Notes: generated by a model from the letters alone, not told the origin. 63,089 bases of DNA, filler included, from Octopus bimaculoides (GCF_001194135.2; 4 parts of 4 records of this genome joined end to end with filler, not necessarily neighbours in it), one strand, 5' to 3'. Positions 35,079-48,964 are shown, counted from the first letter of the whole stretch. Program-made: numbers and translations.

Positions 35079-35940
35079 TCATTATCCTCATCATTTAACG
35101 TCCATTTCCCATGCTGCCATGGGTGAGATGGATTGACCAGGGCTGATAAGCTGAGGGCTGCACCAGACTCCATTCTCATATGATATGGTTTCTATGGCTA
35201 CATGCCTTCCTAACGCCAACCACTCCATGAGTGTAATGGGTGCTTTTACATGCCACCAACACAGCTGCCAATTGTGTGACACCACTATCTGCCACAAATG
35301 TGGTTTTACTTGGCTTGATGGGTCTTCTACTCTACTGTGGCACAAGGCCAAAAGTCTTGGTCATCTGACATAGTCTCTGTGAGGCCCAATGGTTGAAAGG
35401 TGCTTTTTACATGACACCAGTGGAGGTGCAATGGCCCAGTGGTTAGGGCGGCGGATTCGCGGTCATAGGATTGCGGTTTCAATTCCCAGACCAGACGTTG
35501 TGAGTGTTTATTGAGTGAAAACACCTAAAGCTCCACGAGGCTCCGGCAGGGGATGGTGGTGAACCCTGCTGTACTCTTTCACCCCAACTTTCTCTCACTC
35601 TTACTTCCTGTTTCTGTTGTGCCTGTAATTGAAAGGGTCAGCCTTGTCACACTGTGTCACGCTGAATCTCCCCGAGAACTACGTTAAGGGTACACGTGTC
35701 TGTGGAGTGCTCAGCCACTTGCACGTTAATTACACAAGCAGGCTGTTCCGTTGATCGGATCAACTGGAACCCTCGACGCCGTAAGCGACGGAGTGCCAAC
35801 AACAACAAACAACATGACACCAACATCAGCCACATTGCCTCCATGAGGCCCAACACTTGAAAGGTGATTTTCACACACCACCGGCTTGGGTGTCAGTTGC
35901 AGGATAGAGGCATCAGCTACATTGCCTCCAACAGTAAAAG
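35079..35940 (-). mobile_element. RTE-type LINE 3' UTR, interrupted by SINE B
   Basis: catcatttaacgtccatttcccatgctgccatggg tail; internal ggtgc(t)ttttac.tgccacc repeats on both sides of the SINE, related to 27250-27345. Confidence 0.55.
35422..35811 (+). mobile_element. SINE family B, full length, 11-bp TSD
   Basis: A/B boxes (tggcccagtggttagg; ggtttcaattccc); (AAC)n tail; ACATGACACCA at 35409-35419 and 35812-35822. Confidence 0.92.
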
Positions 35941-36005
35941 CATAGTGCTGCATAGTGCATTAGGTGGTAGCATGAAACTACCAAAATAAATTAAAATAAT
36001 AATAA

Positions 36006-36214
36006 CCCTTTCTACTTAAGGCACAAGGCCTGAAATTTGGGGCAGGGGACAAGAGAATTACATCTACCCCAGTGTTCCACTGGTACTTATTAAATCAACC
36101 CTGAAACAATGAAAAGCAAAGTTGACCTTGGTGGAAATTGAACTCAGAACATGAAGACAAAATACTGTTAAGCATTTCACCTGGTATGCTAACGATTCTG
36201 CCAGCTTGCTGCCT

Positions 36215-36216
<2 letters not shown>
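36006..36216 (-). mobile_element. SINE family C, full length
   Basis: Reverse complement of the family C head to tail. Confidence 0.85.

Positions 36217-36306
<90 letters not shown>
36217..36306. repeat. (AAT)n microsatellite
   Basis: Direct inspection. Confidence 0.95.
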
Positions 36307-36307
<1 letters not shown>

Positions 36308-36745
36308 CTGTTGTTTGTATTTACCTGATATGTTGTCACCATTTGGTACATTTGTGACTGTGATGTTATCCATGTTTGAAGAATTTAAGGGTCTGATAAT
36401 TTTAAAACTGATGTGGTACCAGAATATATTGCCATTCAATTCAACAGGAGGCTGCCAAGCTAGGTGGATGGAGGTACCAATGACCTCATAGGTGAAGTTT
36501 AATACAGGGCCAGGAACTGAAGAGAAAAAGAATTTAAAAAATACTCAATTTAATATTTAAGAAGAGCAGACAAAAATCTACAAAATTCTGTCCTGTGTGT
36601 ATGTGTGTATATATTTATATTATTATTTATTTTTTATAGAATTAAGGATAAAATCATGTTAATGATTCTATCAAGTGGTTAGTGTGAAATAAAACATCAT
36701 AGGTAATTTTTATATACTAAATTTATAATTATATACATAATTATA

Positions 36746-37155
36746 GGCGTAGGAGTGGCTGTGTGGTAAGTAGCTTGCTTACCAACCACATTGTTCTGGG
36801 TTCAGTCCCACTGTGTGGCTTCTTGGGCAAATGTCTTCTACTATAGCCTCAGGACGACCAAAGCCTTGTGAGTGGATTTGGTAGACAGAAACTGAAAGAA
36901 GCCCGTCGTATATATGTATATATATATGTATGTGTGTGTATATGTTTGTGTGTGTGTGTTTGTCCCCCCAACATCGCTTGACAACCGATGCTGGTGTGTT
37001 TATGTCCCAGTAACTTAGCGGTTTGGCAAAAGAGACCGATAGAATAAGTACTAGGCTTACAAAGAATAAGTCCTGAGGTCGATTTGCTCGACTAAAGGTG
37101 GTGCTCCAGCATGGCCACAGTCAAATGACTGAAACAAGTAAAAGAGTAAAAGAGT
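36746..37155 (+). mobile_element. SINE family A, full-length reference copy
   Basis: tRNA-like head (gtggctgtgtggtaag; gggttcagtccc), central (TA)/(TG) tract, tail aagtaaaagagtaaaagagt. Confidence 0.92.
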
Positions 37156-37349
37156 ATGGTTCAAATGTACAGAAAAGAAAAGACAGCGACAGGTGAGGGA
37201 ACAACAAGCAGGTGTAATTAGTTTGATGAGAGGTTAAAGCATTCCAGGAGGATAGAGATAGGTCTCTTGATGTTGTAAAGATACATGGCTACCCTTGTTG
37301 GAAAAGAAAGGAGAGAGAGAGAGAAACAGTGGGATGGGTTGGGGAATAT

Positions 37350-37678
37350 GCTGAGACCTCCTTCGGTCATGAGTGACCATGGGATTGAACCTAGAAAGTT
37401 CCTCTCCGAAGCACAAGTCCGGACAAGTTTGTTTCGGAAGACCAACAGTCGCCCATGCATACTGGCCTCCCCTCTCTACGCCACCGATGTTATCGAAGGG
37501 AAAGGCAAAGGGGCCGATACAGCTTGGCACCAGTGATGTCGCAACTCATTTCTACAGCTGAGTGAACTGGAGCAACGTGAAATAAAGTGCCTTGCTCAAG
37601 AACACAACACACAGCCCAGTCTGGGATTCAAACTCACAACCTCATGATCGTAAGCTCGACGCTCTATCCACTGAGCCT
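37350..37678 (-). mobile_element. SINE family D (tail type 1)
   Basis: tRNA head, core tcttgagcaaggcac..ttcacgttgctccagttcactcagctg; homologous to 59399-59689. Confidence 0.85.
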
Positions 37679-37811
37679 TCACAGTGAAATATATATATAT
37701 ATATATATATANNNNNNNNNNNNNNNNNNNNNNNNNNNNNNNNNNNNNNNNNNNNTTAATTAATTAANNNNNNNNNNNNNNNNNNNNNNNNNNNNNNNNN
37801 NNNNNNNNNNN

Positions 37812-37846
<35 letters not shown>

Positions 37847-38694
37847 ATTTTGTCCCTAATAATATTATATATATATATATATATATTTATTTATGTATAC
37901 ATAGATAATAGATACATATCGAACTTACATACACAAGGTATGTGTTTGCCAGTCCGTGGGTAGGCTGCAATTTATAGGCATAAGAGAATGTCTTATCGTC
38001 AATACGCCTGGTGTTCAAATACCTAGAAGTCATAGACAAGCAAAGTAATGGTAGACGTTACTGTCTCGTCATCTGTGTGACTTCTCAGTAACACGTACCC
38101 AAAACGATGCCAGGCGCAAGCTTGATCGCTGTCTTTGACTATACGCAAAAAGCTGTTAGGACCATGTACTGATATGTTTCAACGTTTCATACCGCAGAGA
38201 AAATTCAAATAAGAATGAAAAGCAGCCTGTTGTAAAACGTTGGGGCATACCAGCACATGGTTCTCACACCCTCAAGCTGCTTCACATGCATATTTGAATA
38301 TATATATATATATACATATATATCGCATTACATCTATGCTCATTTAAACCATCCTTGTAGCATAACCAGGCACTTCTCCCTAAATTTTTTCGAACACAAT
38401 CTTTCTGCAAATGGACAATTATTTATAGAAGCCTCACAATATACCCCACAGATGCGGTTACACACGCAAGGTTACATATACAGAGCACATAACACACAAT
38501 AGAAAAAAAACATTTCACAACACATTTTTTCCGATGCACTAATGATTCTGCCAATCTACCGTCCTCCATTGTTGCACAAAAGTGCTTGAAGATACTTAAT
38601 TCGTGGGACTAATACGCTAGAGTAATTTCACCATGCTAAGTTCCATAACTACTGAGCTTTATTTGGCATTTTATTCTTGCACGGTCGATAAGAC

Positions 38695-38739
38695 GACAAC
38701 AACAACAACAACAAAAACAAAAACAACAACAACAACAAC

Positions 38740-38789
<50 letters not shown>

Positions 38790-38800
38790 CAACAATAATC
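38695..38800. repeat. (AAC)n/(AAT)n compound microsatellite
   Basis: Direct inspection. Confidence 0.95.
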
Positions 38801-40199
38801 CGAAATCCATTAATTTTTTTCTATGCTACTTCCTAACACTTTAACCTTGTATCTAATAAATTGGAAACCTATACAGCAAAAAATACAAAAGACTGTGCTT
38901 AAATAGTATTTTCATTAGGTTCATTAAGTAATTATCATTAATACAGAGCTATCAAAAACTAGTTTTGCTTTATTGCTCATATATTAATGGCCGACAACAC
39001 TTAACCACTGATAGAATAAATTGAAGTACTTGTAAGTTTCTAAACAACTTTTTTCGACGGTGAAGTGTTTTGTGGGTAGAATGGGATGGAGTTTGGACTA
39101 ATTGCAGCGAATTTTCTTTATATATAATACTTTTTACTTGATTCAACTATGAGTTTGTATGCATTCAATGTCGATTTGCGTGTTTGTATTAGGTGCTTTT
39201 GTTGGTGAAGCATAACATTGCGCAAATTGAAGAATAAAAATAAATATTTAATGAAGTTAGAAAGCGAAGAAGTTCTGCAATCATCAATGTCAAAGAAAAT
39301 GTCTCAACGTTTTTTGTTACACCCTTTTGATGTAAGTTCAAATCAAGCTTAGGTTGGCTTTCTCTTTTTTCTTTTCAGGGTCGATAAAACAAGTAGTGTT
39401 CAAATACCGGAGTTGATTGTGCTCCCTATATCAAATGTGTAATCTTGTGTCTACGTTATAAATATTTAATGCATAAGTGTACCGAGATATGATTACGACT
39501 ATAAATGCTCTGAGTTCAAATATTATCGAAGTTGGCTTTGATTGTTATCCTTTCGAGGTCGATAATATAAGTTCCATGCATATACACTTATTCATCAACT
39601 AAATGGTTGTCTTATACAGAGTACGACAAAAAGACCTTCCATATTGTACAGGTTAGCAAGCGTCTCCTCGTAGAAAGAAACCAATATTTCACAATATTAC
39701 TAATGAAAGTATCTTGAAAATCATTATTACAGCTTATAGTAAAGTTTCTTTGCGTTTGGATTTCAATTCTTGCTGGTGTCGATTTCGCCTTTAATAATTT
39801 CGAGGGCAAAAATTAAGTAATATTTTTGTGCTGGGATTAAGTTAATTAATTGTTGTCTACCAGACATTTGGGGACCCATACCACAGTTGGAAATTATAAT
39901 TATGCTTAGTATACTATTAATTCTTTATAACAAACTAGTTTATTTAATACTTGATGCTGGTGTCTTAGTCACTTCACAACAAGAGATAACTGATCTTATT
40001 GGCTACAATAACTGACTATAGTGCGACCCGGCATATGTTGGGAATATCATTGTAGTTAACCCTTGGTAATGTTGCATCAGTAACTTATAATTAAACAGCA
40101 TTATTATTATTAATAACATATTTGCTGCAATTATCACAAATGGGAAATTTATTTCACCTAATTTTGTTTTAAATAAATGTGATGTTTTGCAAAGAACTT

Positions 40200-41515
40200 T
40201 CACATGCAAGTGCTACCAGTCGAGAACTCCGCATACCGGAAGCTAGCAAGTGTATGTCATCAGGAGCTGATACGCTTCGGGGCCTATCTCTCGACGGCAT
40301 CAATGCGCACCGGCCCCCTTCACTGATATGAGGCCCTGCTTACTAGATCAACTGGTTATTAAATAAAGCTCAATATTCTTCTAGCCATCGCTCATCGTCT
40401 CTTTTTAACCAAATCCTGTGGCTAGCCTTTTCCACTGTAGTTTGGAAATCGGTCATTGTGGTATTTACTTTACGATTAGTTAGGCCTAACGATAACAATA
40501 GTCGTTTCACACTGTGTCCAGCAAACCCTCTACATCCGACTTCGATTGGAAAATGTTCCGCTTTCCAGCCTGCGTCTTCACATTCCTCAAGGAGGTTTAC
40601 ATAACGGTCAATCTTTCGAGCCCGAGCGGCGTCCATGTTATCTTCATGAGGAACTCGACTAAATTCATAACTTTCTTTCCTTCACACCACATTAAAATGT
40701 CCGGTATTTTCGTAATTGGGATTGGAAAGAGTCCCTGGCGCCCTGGTAAATCTGCACTCACCTCCTTATAGCCGTTCCAATTTTGATCGCTCACAGGACG
40801 TTTGTTCTTCTTCTTGAAATGGATCCTCTCTCCTGAGCGCACGAAGGTAATGAAATCTCTAGTTGGTACTTTCAACTGTTGTTGAGAACAATTTGGTTTT
40901 TCATAGCGACTTTTTTTGCTCTAAACCGCATCTTTGACCACCTCACAAGTTCGTCTAGTCTGAAGAGGGCACTCTGCATAATTTGCTTATCTGTAGATAG
41001 AAGTGTCACGTCATCCATGAAGTCTTCATCCATGAAGGCGATTGTACATGGGCGATTTGTTCCGAAAGATCCACGGCTTTCAAAATCATCTCCATGACTA
41101 AGATAAACCACGTGACAGATATTGTACAGCCAGCAGCAATGCCAATCTTCAATCGATGCCAATCTGTTGTAAAATCTCCAGCTGTAAACCTCATCTCGAA
41201 ACTGTCATAATACATCTTCATTATTTTGGTTACTTTGTCTGGAATGTAGAAGTGGTCCATGGCTCTCATCAGTAATTTGTGTGGCACTGAACCATATGCA
41301 TTAGCTAGGTCAAGCCATACTACGTTCAAGCTTCTCTTGTTCTGTTTGGCATCCTGGATTGCTTTCCAAATGGAAAAACAGTGTTCAACGCATCCAGTGA
41401 TCCAAAGGATTCCGGCCTTTTGAACAGATTCATCAACATATCCATTACTCAGTAAAATGTCACTGTCCTCCTCGAGAGAATTCCCATAATGATCTAGCCT
41501 TGTATTAGTATTCAT
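40200..41515 (-). mobile_element. Hero/NeSL/R2-like non-LTR retrotransposon, 5'-truncated and internally deleted (RT plus REL plus 3' UTR)
   Basis: VQKAGI...GCVEH...VVWLDLANAYGSVPH...GIAAGCTISV...AFMD..DD (RT) joined at about 40870 to PDIL...ARKIDRY...CEDAGWKAEHFPIEVGCRGF (REL). Confidence 0.85.
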
Positions 41516-42099
41516 TTGAAGAAAGAATCAAATACTAATTCACGAAATTTGAAAAAAAAAACATGAAAAATATAATTATTGTAACTTTGTAGCATAATCC
41601 GGTGTTAACCCTATCCCTGAGAAAATTATGTCCCCTGGTGTGTAACGTTCCAGTTTTACATAACTCTGGACTGTACTATACCCCGTCTTAAACTATTTTG
41701 CTTTGACATATCACAATCTTCAGCATCACTACAATACTTCCTCAATCGCTTTCTTTCCTCTAATTAACTTGCTCACTTGCCATTCTACTTGTCACGACTG
41801 CACCTAAACAATCAATCACGGTTAACATAATCTGCACAGTTATCATCGTTTCCATTCAGATATTCTAAGAACTAGTTGTCAGGAGTGGCCATAACAGTAA
41901 TTCATATCAACTTCTGGTGTTATCTATCTAAAAGCGAATTTGACATTTTAGCATTCATGTATGTACCTAACCTACCGTTAGAACCAACATTACCGTATTA
42001 TAATTTTAACTGCGTATTTTACCTGTTTTCCCTGTATAACATGCTAAAATTGAATAGCTTTTCTATATATTTTATCTATTCTCTTATTTCTTTAGTTTG

Positions 42100-42620
42100 T
42101 TTCTTTCTGTGAAAGTCTGTACAAATTTCTTGTTATCCAAGCTACAAGCTATGAATCCGTTGCCGACTCTCTATTGTTTATTGTAAATAAATGGTACTGC
42201 AGGTTTCTATTGACATACAGTAGGTGGTCTTTGTCCTTATACAATTCTAGAAGTTTCTCTCTCAGTTTAATTTTCTTCGTGGGTTAACATTGGGATTCCT
42301 TTAATTTATGGTATGAAATAATTCTTCAGCCAGTTTTCCGTCTCTTTTTCAACATCGGCTTCTCTTTATGTATTCCTTAGCTTGCATTACTTTCTATTCT
42401 CCGTATCTGTGTCTCCTGGTGTCTATAGTTGATTGTTCTTTACTGAAATTGTAACACTTCCATGGAGATGTTGCAGGTGTTTATCATTTTTCACTGTGTT
42501 TCAAATTTTTAGCATACCTGGAAGAACTTGAGCTCTAATTTGAGTGCATTCGGTTCTGTATCGATTTTAAATTTGCTATAAATATTTTACTCTTTCTCAT
42601 TCAACACTATTCAGCTACAT
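42100..42620 (-). mobile_element. Possible LINE ORF1 relic
   Basis: Purine-rich, coding-like minus strand (KLREKLLELYKDKDHLLYVN..); no diagnostic motif. Confidence 0.2.
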
Positions 42621-42720
42621 TAGATGTACGTACATATATGTGATCCATTTAGTTATTTGGCTACGACTCCAGCTGGTTTCATACACCTAGGCTGCAATCC
42701 GTTCAAGTTCTTTAACTATT

Positions 42721-42925
42721 TTAACCTGCTTGAGACTGCCCCTAGTTTTATGATATGGACTTCATGTTTAAAGTGATCTAAATTAAATTTTCCATCAAAC
42801 ATTCATGGCAATTTGTGTTCCAGCTTAATAATGACAAAATTATTTTACTAAATTCTTTACTATTTTCAAAATTAATTGAAATATAAACAGTATATTCAAC
42901 TCAAATATGCTAATAAAATGGTTAA
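42721..42925. mobile_element. piggyBac-like MITE
   Basis: TTAA at both ends with TTAACC...GGTTAA termini. Confidence 0.6.
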
Positions 42926-44116
42926 AGCTGTGATGATTATCAGAATTACAAAATGTTTTATAAGAAAATCAGCTACACAATAATGTGTCACCACACACTG
43001 TTCCAATCCACTTCCGTTATCGGATACCTCATTGCCTGTCTTTGAACATTCTGACATATCTATCATAAGTTATAATTACATTTTATTCGAGAATTTAAAA
43101 GAAAATTTTACTCTACTCTGATATTTCATCCAGAACTACTCTTCTTTTCACATATATTTCTAGCGAGCCGAACGAGTAAACCCTCCACATACCTCTTTAA
43201 CTCGTTTTAACATTGTGGGAAGTCTTGATGAGAGAGCTGCTTTGTGCGGTTTTTTCGAAAGACAGTTAATTTCCGCTTTCTTCTTTTCAGGGCGATTTCG
43301 TTTAGATATTGTCACACTTTATCCACTTCAATAATACTTTAAAAACAACAATACATATGTCACATAATATTTTATCCTCACAACATAGATTTTTAATTTT
43401 TCTATAAATTTATAGGCATATAACTTTTCAAAAGAAATAACTAATCGTATCAAATGTATTTTCTGAACAAAAGTTTTCAGTGCGGACCAGTCAAAAGCGG
43501 AATGGATATATTAGGTGAAGAAATTAGTTATAAATTATTAATTAAGATACTGGAATTATGAGCAAGTACGACTGAATATTGTTTGGTTTGTGAACAGTGA
43601 GTCAACCTTCAATCAAAAATAGTTTAAAGTTTATTTTCAGATGAACAAATTGGCATGTACAATATATTGGCAGTGTCTTCTGAATCTACAGCCAATGACT
43701 GCTAGAAGTAGATATATCAAAATTAAATTGAAATTATCTCCAAAGTTATTTTGAGTAAGTAAAGAGCCGAATGTATCTATGTTTGTATGTATATATGTAG
43801 GTACTAAGTAAATAGGTATAAGTTGGATGGTAAAGTATATGTAACTATTAACTGCTGGACAACCAAAAATCTGCAAGTACGCACAAGGTGTTTAGTTTGG
43901 TAGGGAAATGTTAGCATTCCATGGCAAAACAAGATTTAATCAGAGCCAATATTCTGAGTATGTTCTCATCCAATTTGCATACATAAATCCACGTATTTGT
44001 TTATGTAAACAGACACGCACACACAGATACACACACATACATACATACATACATATGAACATACACACGTTTGATATATGTGTGTGTGTGTATGTGTGCA
44101 TGTGTGTGTGCGTGTG

Positions 44117-44160
<44 letters not shown>

Positions 44161-44182
44161 TGTGTGTGTGTGTATACATATA

Positions 44183-44337
44183 CAGTAATCCCTCGCCATA
44201 TCGCAGTTTATTATTTAAGTTTACGTCGATTCCTGCGTGGTATTATTTTCCATTTATAATAAAATATATATATACAAATTATAAAAATAATACAAAATAT
44301 ATACAATAGAGTACTGTTTCTAGTCGAGGGATTATTT
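44183..44337. mobile_element. Tigger/pogo-like MITE
   Basis: (ta)cagtaatccctcg / cgagggattattt imperfect TIRs. Confidence 0.4.
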
Positions 44338-44906
44338 TATATATANNNNNNNNNNNNNNNNNNNNNNNNNNNNNNNNNNNNNNNNNNNNNNNNNNNNNNN
44401 NNNNNNNNNNNNNNNNNNNNNNNNNNNNNNNNNNNNNNNNNNNNNNNNNNNNNNNNNNNNNNNNNNNNNNNNNNNNNNNNNNNNNNNNNNNNNNNNNNNN
44501 NNNNNNNNNNNNNNNNNNNNNNNNNNNNNNNNNNNNNNNNNNNNNNNNNNNNNNNNNNNNNNNNNNNNNNNNNNNNNNNNNNNNNNNNNNNNNNNNNNNN
44601 NNNNNNNNNNNNNNNNNNNNNNNNNNNNNNNNNNNNNNNNNNNNNNNNNNNNNNNNNNNNNNNNNNNNNNNNNNNNNNNNNNNNNNNNNNNNNNNNNNNN
44701 NNNNNNNNNNNNNNNNNNNNNNNNNNNNNNNNNNNNNNNNNNNNNNNNNNNNNNNNNNNNNNNNNNNNNNNNNNNNNNNNNNNNNNNNNNNNNNNNNNNN
44801 NNNNNNNNNNNNNNNNNNNNNNNNNNNNNNNNNNNNNNNNNNNNNNNNNNNNNNNNNNNNNNNNNNNNNNNNNNNNNNNNNNNNNNNNNNNNNNNNNNNN
44901 NNNNNN

Positions 44907-44954
<48 letters not shown>

Positions 44955-46170
44955 CACACACACACACACATTTAAATATATATAAATATATATATGGCTG
45001 GTTGGATAGATAACCGGATATATATGTATGTTGCATTTACGTTTGTATACATTGTCGTGCCACATGTATTTTCACTTGTTTGTGTGTGTATATATGTTTC
45101 TATATGCATATGTTATGTTTACAAAACATGGGTTCAGGTTCCACATGTGCAGCTTTCGACTTTTACTGTTGAAAATGTTTCTGATCCCAGTATTTAGGCA
45201 TTATCGTTTATAGTTTTATCTACTTCGAGCCATACCGTTAAAAACTACGATATATAAGTATGCAGAAGGTAATTTGCAGAGATTCCTCACTCCGATGTAG
45301 CAATGATTCCAGTGTTGCAGTCCATGAAACTAAAGTTTAAAATTAGACGCTATACAGCTGTTAGAATTTTATATTTTTATGTTCTTTATTCCCTCTGTAG
45401 TATGGATTATTTTGGTTTCAAGTATCAGTCCAACCTTATTAGAAAACTGGTCTGTTTATTGTTTATGCTGTTATGTATGTTTTATTCCTTATTAAGAGTC
45501 TTTTCTTTGCAGTACTTCATTAGTTATTAATATAATACAATTATCACTCCAAGTGTAAACGACTGCAAGTTATATTGATCTTTGTTGCAGATGTTATTTT
45601 AGTGATGAAATCCTGGTGGATAGATGATAGATGTCACTATAGATTACCGGTTAAAGCTGCCTTCCATGCGGGGGAGATGTAATCTATCTTCATCTCCATT
45701 GATGTTGAAACTTTTCATTAATCACTAAATAATTCCCAACTTCATACATTCATCACGTTTTGTTCTGTTATTGACCAATTCAGTAGGTTAAATATATCGT
45801 TGAGCTCAATACAGACAATGAAAAGTTGCGCAATATTCTTTCTTTTTACTGAGACGTAATACTCGTTTTTACTTTTACGTAATATATTTGGTTAGTAACT
45901 CTTGAATAGGCCCATTCATATCTTAAAATCATTCCTGTCACTTGTAGACCTAATTTTGAAATTGTTCATTTTCTTGGTAAAGCAAGCTCCACCCAAGTGG
46001 TATACTATCATGGGCCTTCTGTGAATCCAATCACGGTTTATTTCTGTTTATCATTATTGTTGTTGTTGCTGTTGTTGTTGTTATTTATGTTCAAGTTAAA
46101 TGCTTGAAATTATGTTTCAAGCATTTGAAGTATAGTTTCCAATGTTGTTGTTGTTATTATTATTATTATT

Positions 46171-48494
46171 GTGGCTTGGCCATTGCCATGTTCCTTGTTT
46201 GGCACATATTTATACCCTTTCTTGTTAGTTTTTATGTTGTAGTGTTGGTATATTGTCCAGTGGACATTACTACTTACCCGGTCATCTTTGTGTACATATT
46301 CAGATTTGACAAGGACTAGGCAGCCAAAGACGATGTGATCAACCGTCTCATTGTGCTGGTTGCACATTCTGCATTTAGTGTTATGGTCTGTTTTCATTAT
46401 TTTACTTTTATACTTGTCTGTGGTCAAATATTGGTCTGGTCTTGTGCAGCGAGAATAACTCCTTCCGTTTCTGCTTTTAGTCCAGGGCCATTGCTGGATT
46501 TCACTTAGGCTCATTTCTCAGTCAAGCCTTGCAGGATATTGGCCAAGGATCGACTTTCCTCTCCATTTCTTCCTTAATATGTTTTGTAGTTCTGTTTTTA
46601 TGCTGTTGTTGTTGTTGATTTTTTTTTGTCTCTTTAGTGATTTCTGGTGCGTTGTTGCATAAGTTCAGTGTTTCTGTATATTTTGTTTCTGCTTTTGTAT
46701 TTGTATCACCTCCTTGTGAGTAGAGAGGAGCATTTTATATTTTTTACATATTGCTTTATGAAATGTAGTCACCCACTTTTTGTTTCTAAGTATTTTTCAA
46801 GTCCAACTGCTGTTATTTTATGGTATCTATGTCAGGCCTGTCCTTTTTATGAGTGGGGTAGGTATATTAACACTAAGTTCTGTTTTAAATATTAGTCTAA
46901 CCCTTCTGTAATATTATTTCCTATTTTTCTCTTTCACGTCTATGTATTGTATTTTAGCTATTTTGTTTTGTATGGACGACTGTGGTCTAATTCTTTCAAG
47001 TGCCCATGTCAAGCGCAATGTTTTTTAAGTGCTGATTCATTTCCCTCTTCTTAATGTCACTTTGGCGCATTTGTCTTATTCCCATTATAATCCTGATATC
47101 TTTGCTGAAACGATGAACAATTTTTAGATTTTCCGCTTCAGTAATATTCTTAGTAAAACTTTTTTTAAGTCATCCATATACAGGTGATTTATAGTTTGTC
47201 CATCGGCAACCCGTGGAGGTTTCATTCAACAACTTTGTTAGTGGGGTCATCAGAACAAAGCAGCAAAGCAGAGAAGACAGTGAGCCTCCTTGGAAAATCC
47301 CTCTTCTTATAAGTATAGAGAAGGTTTTAATGGTTTTTGACTCCTTTTTCAGTATTATGCTGGTTTTCTGGTTTGCCACTTCATGGATGATATATTTTAG
47401 TAGTGCTGAAGGTACTTTATGTGGAAAGATTCCAGTATCCATGTGTATGGAATGTTGTCGAGTGCCTTCTTGTAATCAATCAAGGCTATACTGAAGCTTG
47501 CTTTTCTCTTTTTAGAGTCTGCTATAATGGTTCAATTCACCAGTAGCTGCTCTTTACAACTGTACATTCCCTTCGGAAATCCATTTTCTTCTACTAAAAC
47601 ATTTCTGCGTTTTCTTTTTTCCTAGATGTGTTACAAGCCGGTTAGATAACAGATATAAGGGTTTTATAAGTTACTCAGAGTCATGTCATCGGCCTATAAT
47701 TCAGTGGGGGTACGGTGTTATTCCTTTTTGAGTATTAGCGTGGTTTGCCCTTTCAGCTTGCAGTTTGATGTTGATTCTGGCTTTTTATTATTAAGTTAAA
47801 TTTTGAGGCTTTGTGGGCATCGGTACTGGTAAGGTGCTTCAGCTAAAGGATGGGGACCTGTCTCTAATGTTTTCTAGTTATTAGTTGTTCCCTCGCCCTC
47901 TTTTGGCCGGAAGGGGAAGGCAAATTTTATTTGTCTTGTGGCTGTAGCGAAAGAGGTATTATAGTGGACCCGTTTGAAAGGGCTAAAGACAGGCACTTTA
48001 CTCTTTGGCCAAGTTCTCATCAACTTTTTCAAGTTTCACTTGAAAAGGACGTTGAGGGTGGAGAGGAAAGTGTTGCCTTGTAGCAATTTTGTTGAAAGGT
48101 GGGTGAATGTTGGAAGAATGGCCAGTATGGAAGGACCAATTCTGAGCGTAAACAAAGGGAGAAGAGCTCTTGTCCTGTTGTTCAGGCACCCGTGGCTTTT
48201 GTGGGGTTTTCCACGAAGTCCTTAAAGCGCCTCCCTTATTGGGAGTTTTAAATTGTTTAATTTTGAATCGTTATATATATTGTTTACACGTTGTAAAATC
48301 CATTGTTTCGTCCTCTTTTTGTCTTTTATGTTGCTGTATGTGTTTTAATGTAATTTTATGTAAGTCCTTGTGGCCAATAAACGAATTAATTGTGTACGTG
48401 TTTTCTGTGCTTGTGATAGTGAGCCATATCTATGGTGCTATTTTGCTTTCCTTTCCTTTTCCCTATTTCTTCATTCAGCAATTTTGTTGAGATG

Positions 48495-48497
<3 letters not shown>
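46171..48497 (-). mobile_element. R4/Dong-like element (family 2-type), degraded, bounded by (TAA)n
   Basis: KGQTTLILKK, GMYSCKEQLLVN, IDYKKALDNIP..WILE, RRGIFQGGSLSSLL, YG*LK (YMDD region), KCRMCNQHNETVDHIVFGC; 47770-48497 assigned by position only. Confidence 0.75.
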
Positions 48498-48562
<65 letters not shown>

Positions 48563-48576
48563 CATCATCATTACTA

Positions 48577-48607
<31 letters not shown>

Positions 48608-48964
48608 TATTTTTATTTTTTATTGTTGTTTCATTCATAGATAGCTACTTTATACAACCGGTACTCCTTTCTTTCTATAAACTTTCTCTATAGATACATT
48701 ATTGGTGGTACAATGATACAGTAAGAATAGAATGAGCCATTCAGTATATANNNNNNNNNNNNNNNNNNNNNNNNNNNNNNNNNNNNNNNNNNNNNNNNNN
48801 NNNNNNNNNNNNNNNNNNNNNNNNNNNNNNNNNNNNNNNNNNNNNNNNNNNNNNNNNNNNNNNNNNNNNNNNNNNNNNNNNNNNNNNNNNNNNNNNNNNN
48901 NNNNNNNNNNNNNNNNNNNNNNNNNNNNNNNNNNNNNNNNNNNNNNNNNNNNNNNNNNNNNNNN

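Noticed and set aside
34790-35094. Complex sequence with a 95-aa minus-strand ORF as a host exon
   Set aside because: No recognisable motif and no coherent splice-site pair in any frame.
39620-39651. 32-nt micro-exon candidate (AG...CAG|GTTAG)
   Set aside because: Such site pairs arise by chance in 63 kb; no independent support.
40230-40300. CTGATGA in the Hero-like 3' UTR as a type II hammerhead
   Set aside because: GAAG instead of GAAA, and no consistent three-helix fold could be drawn.
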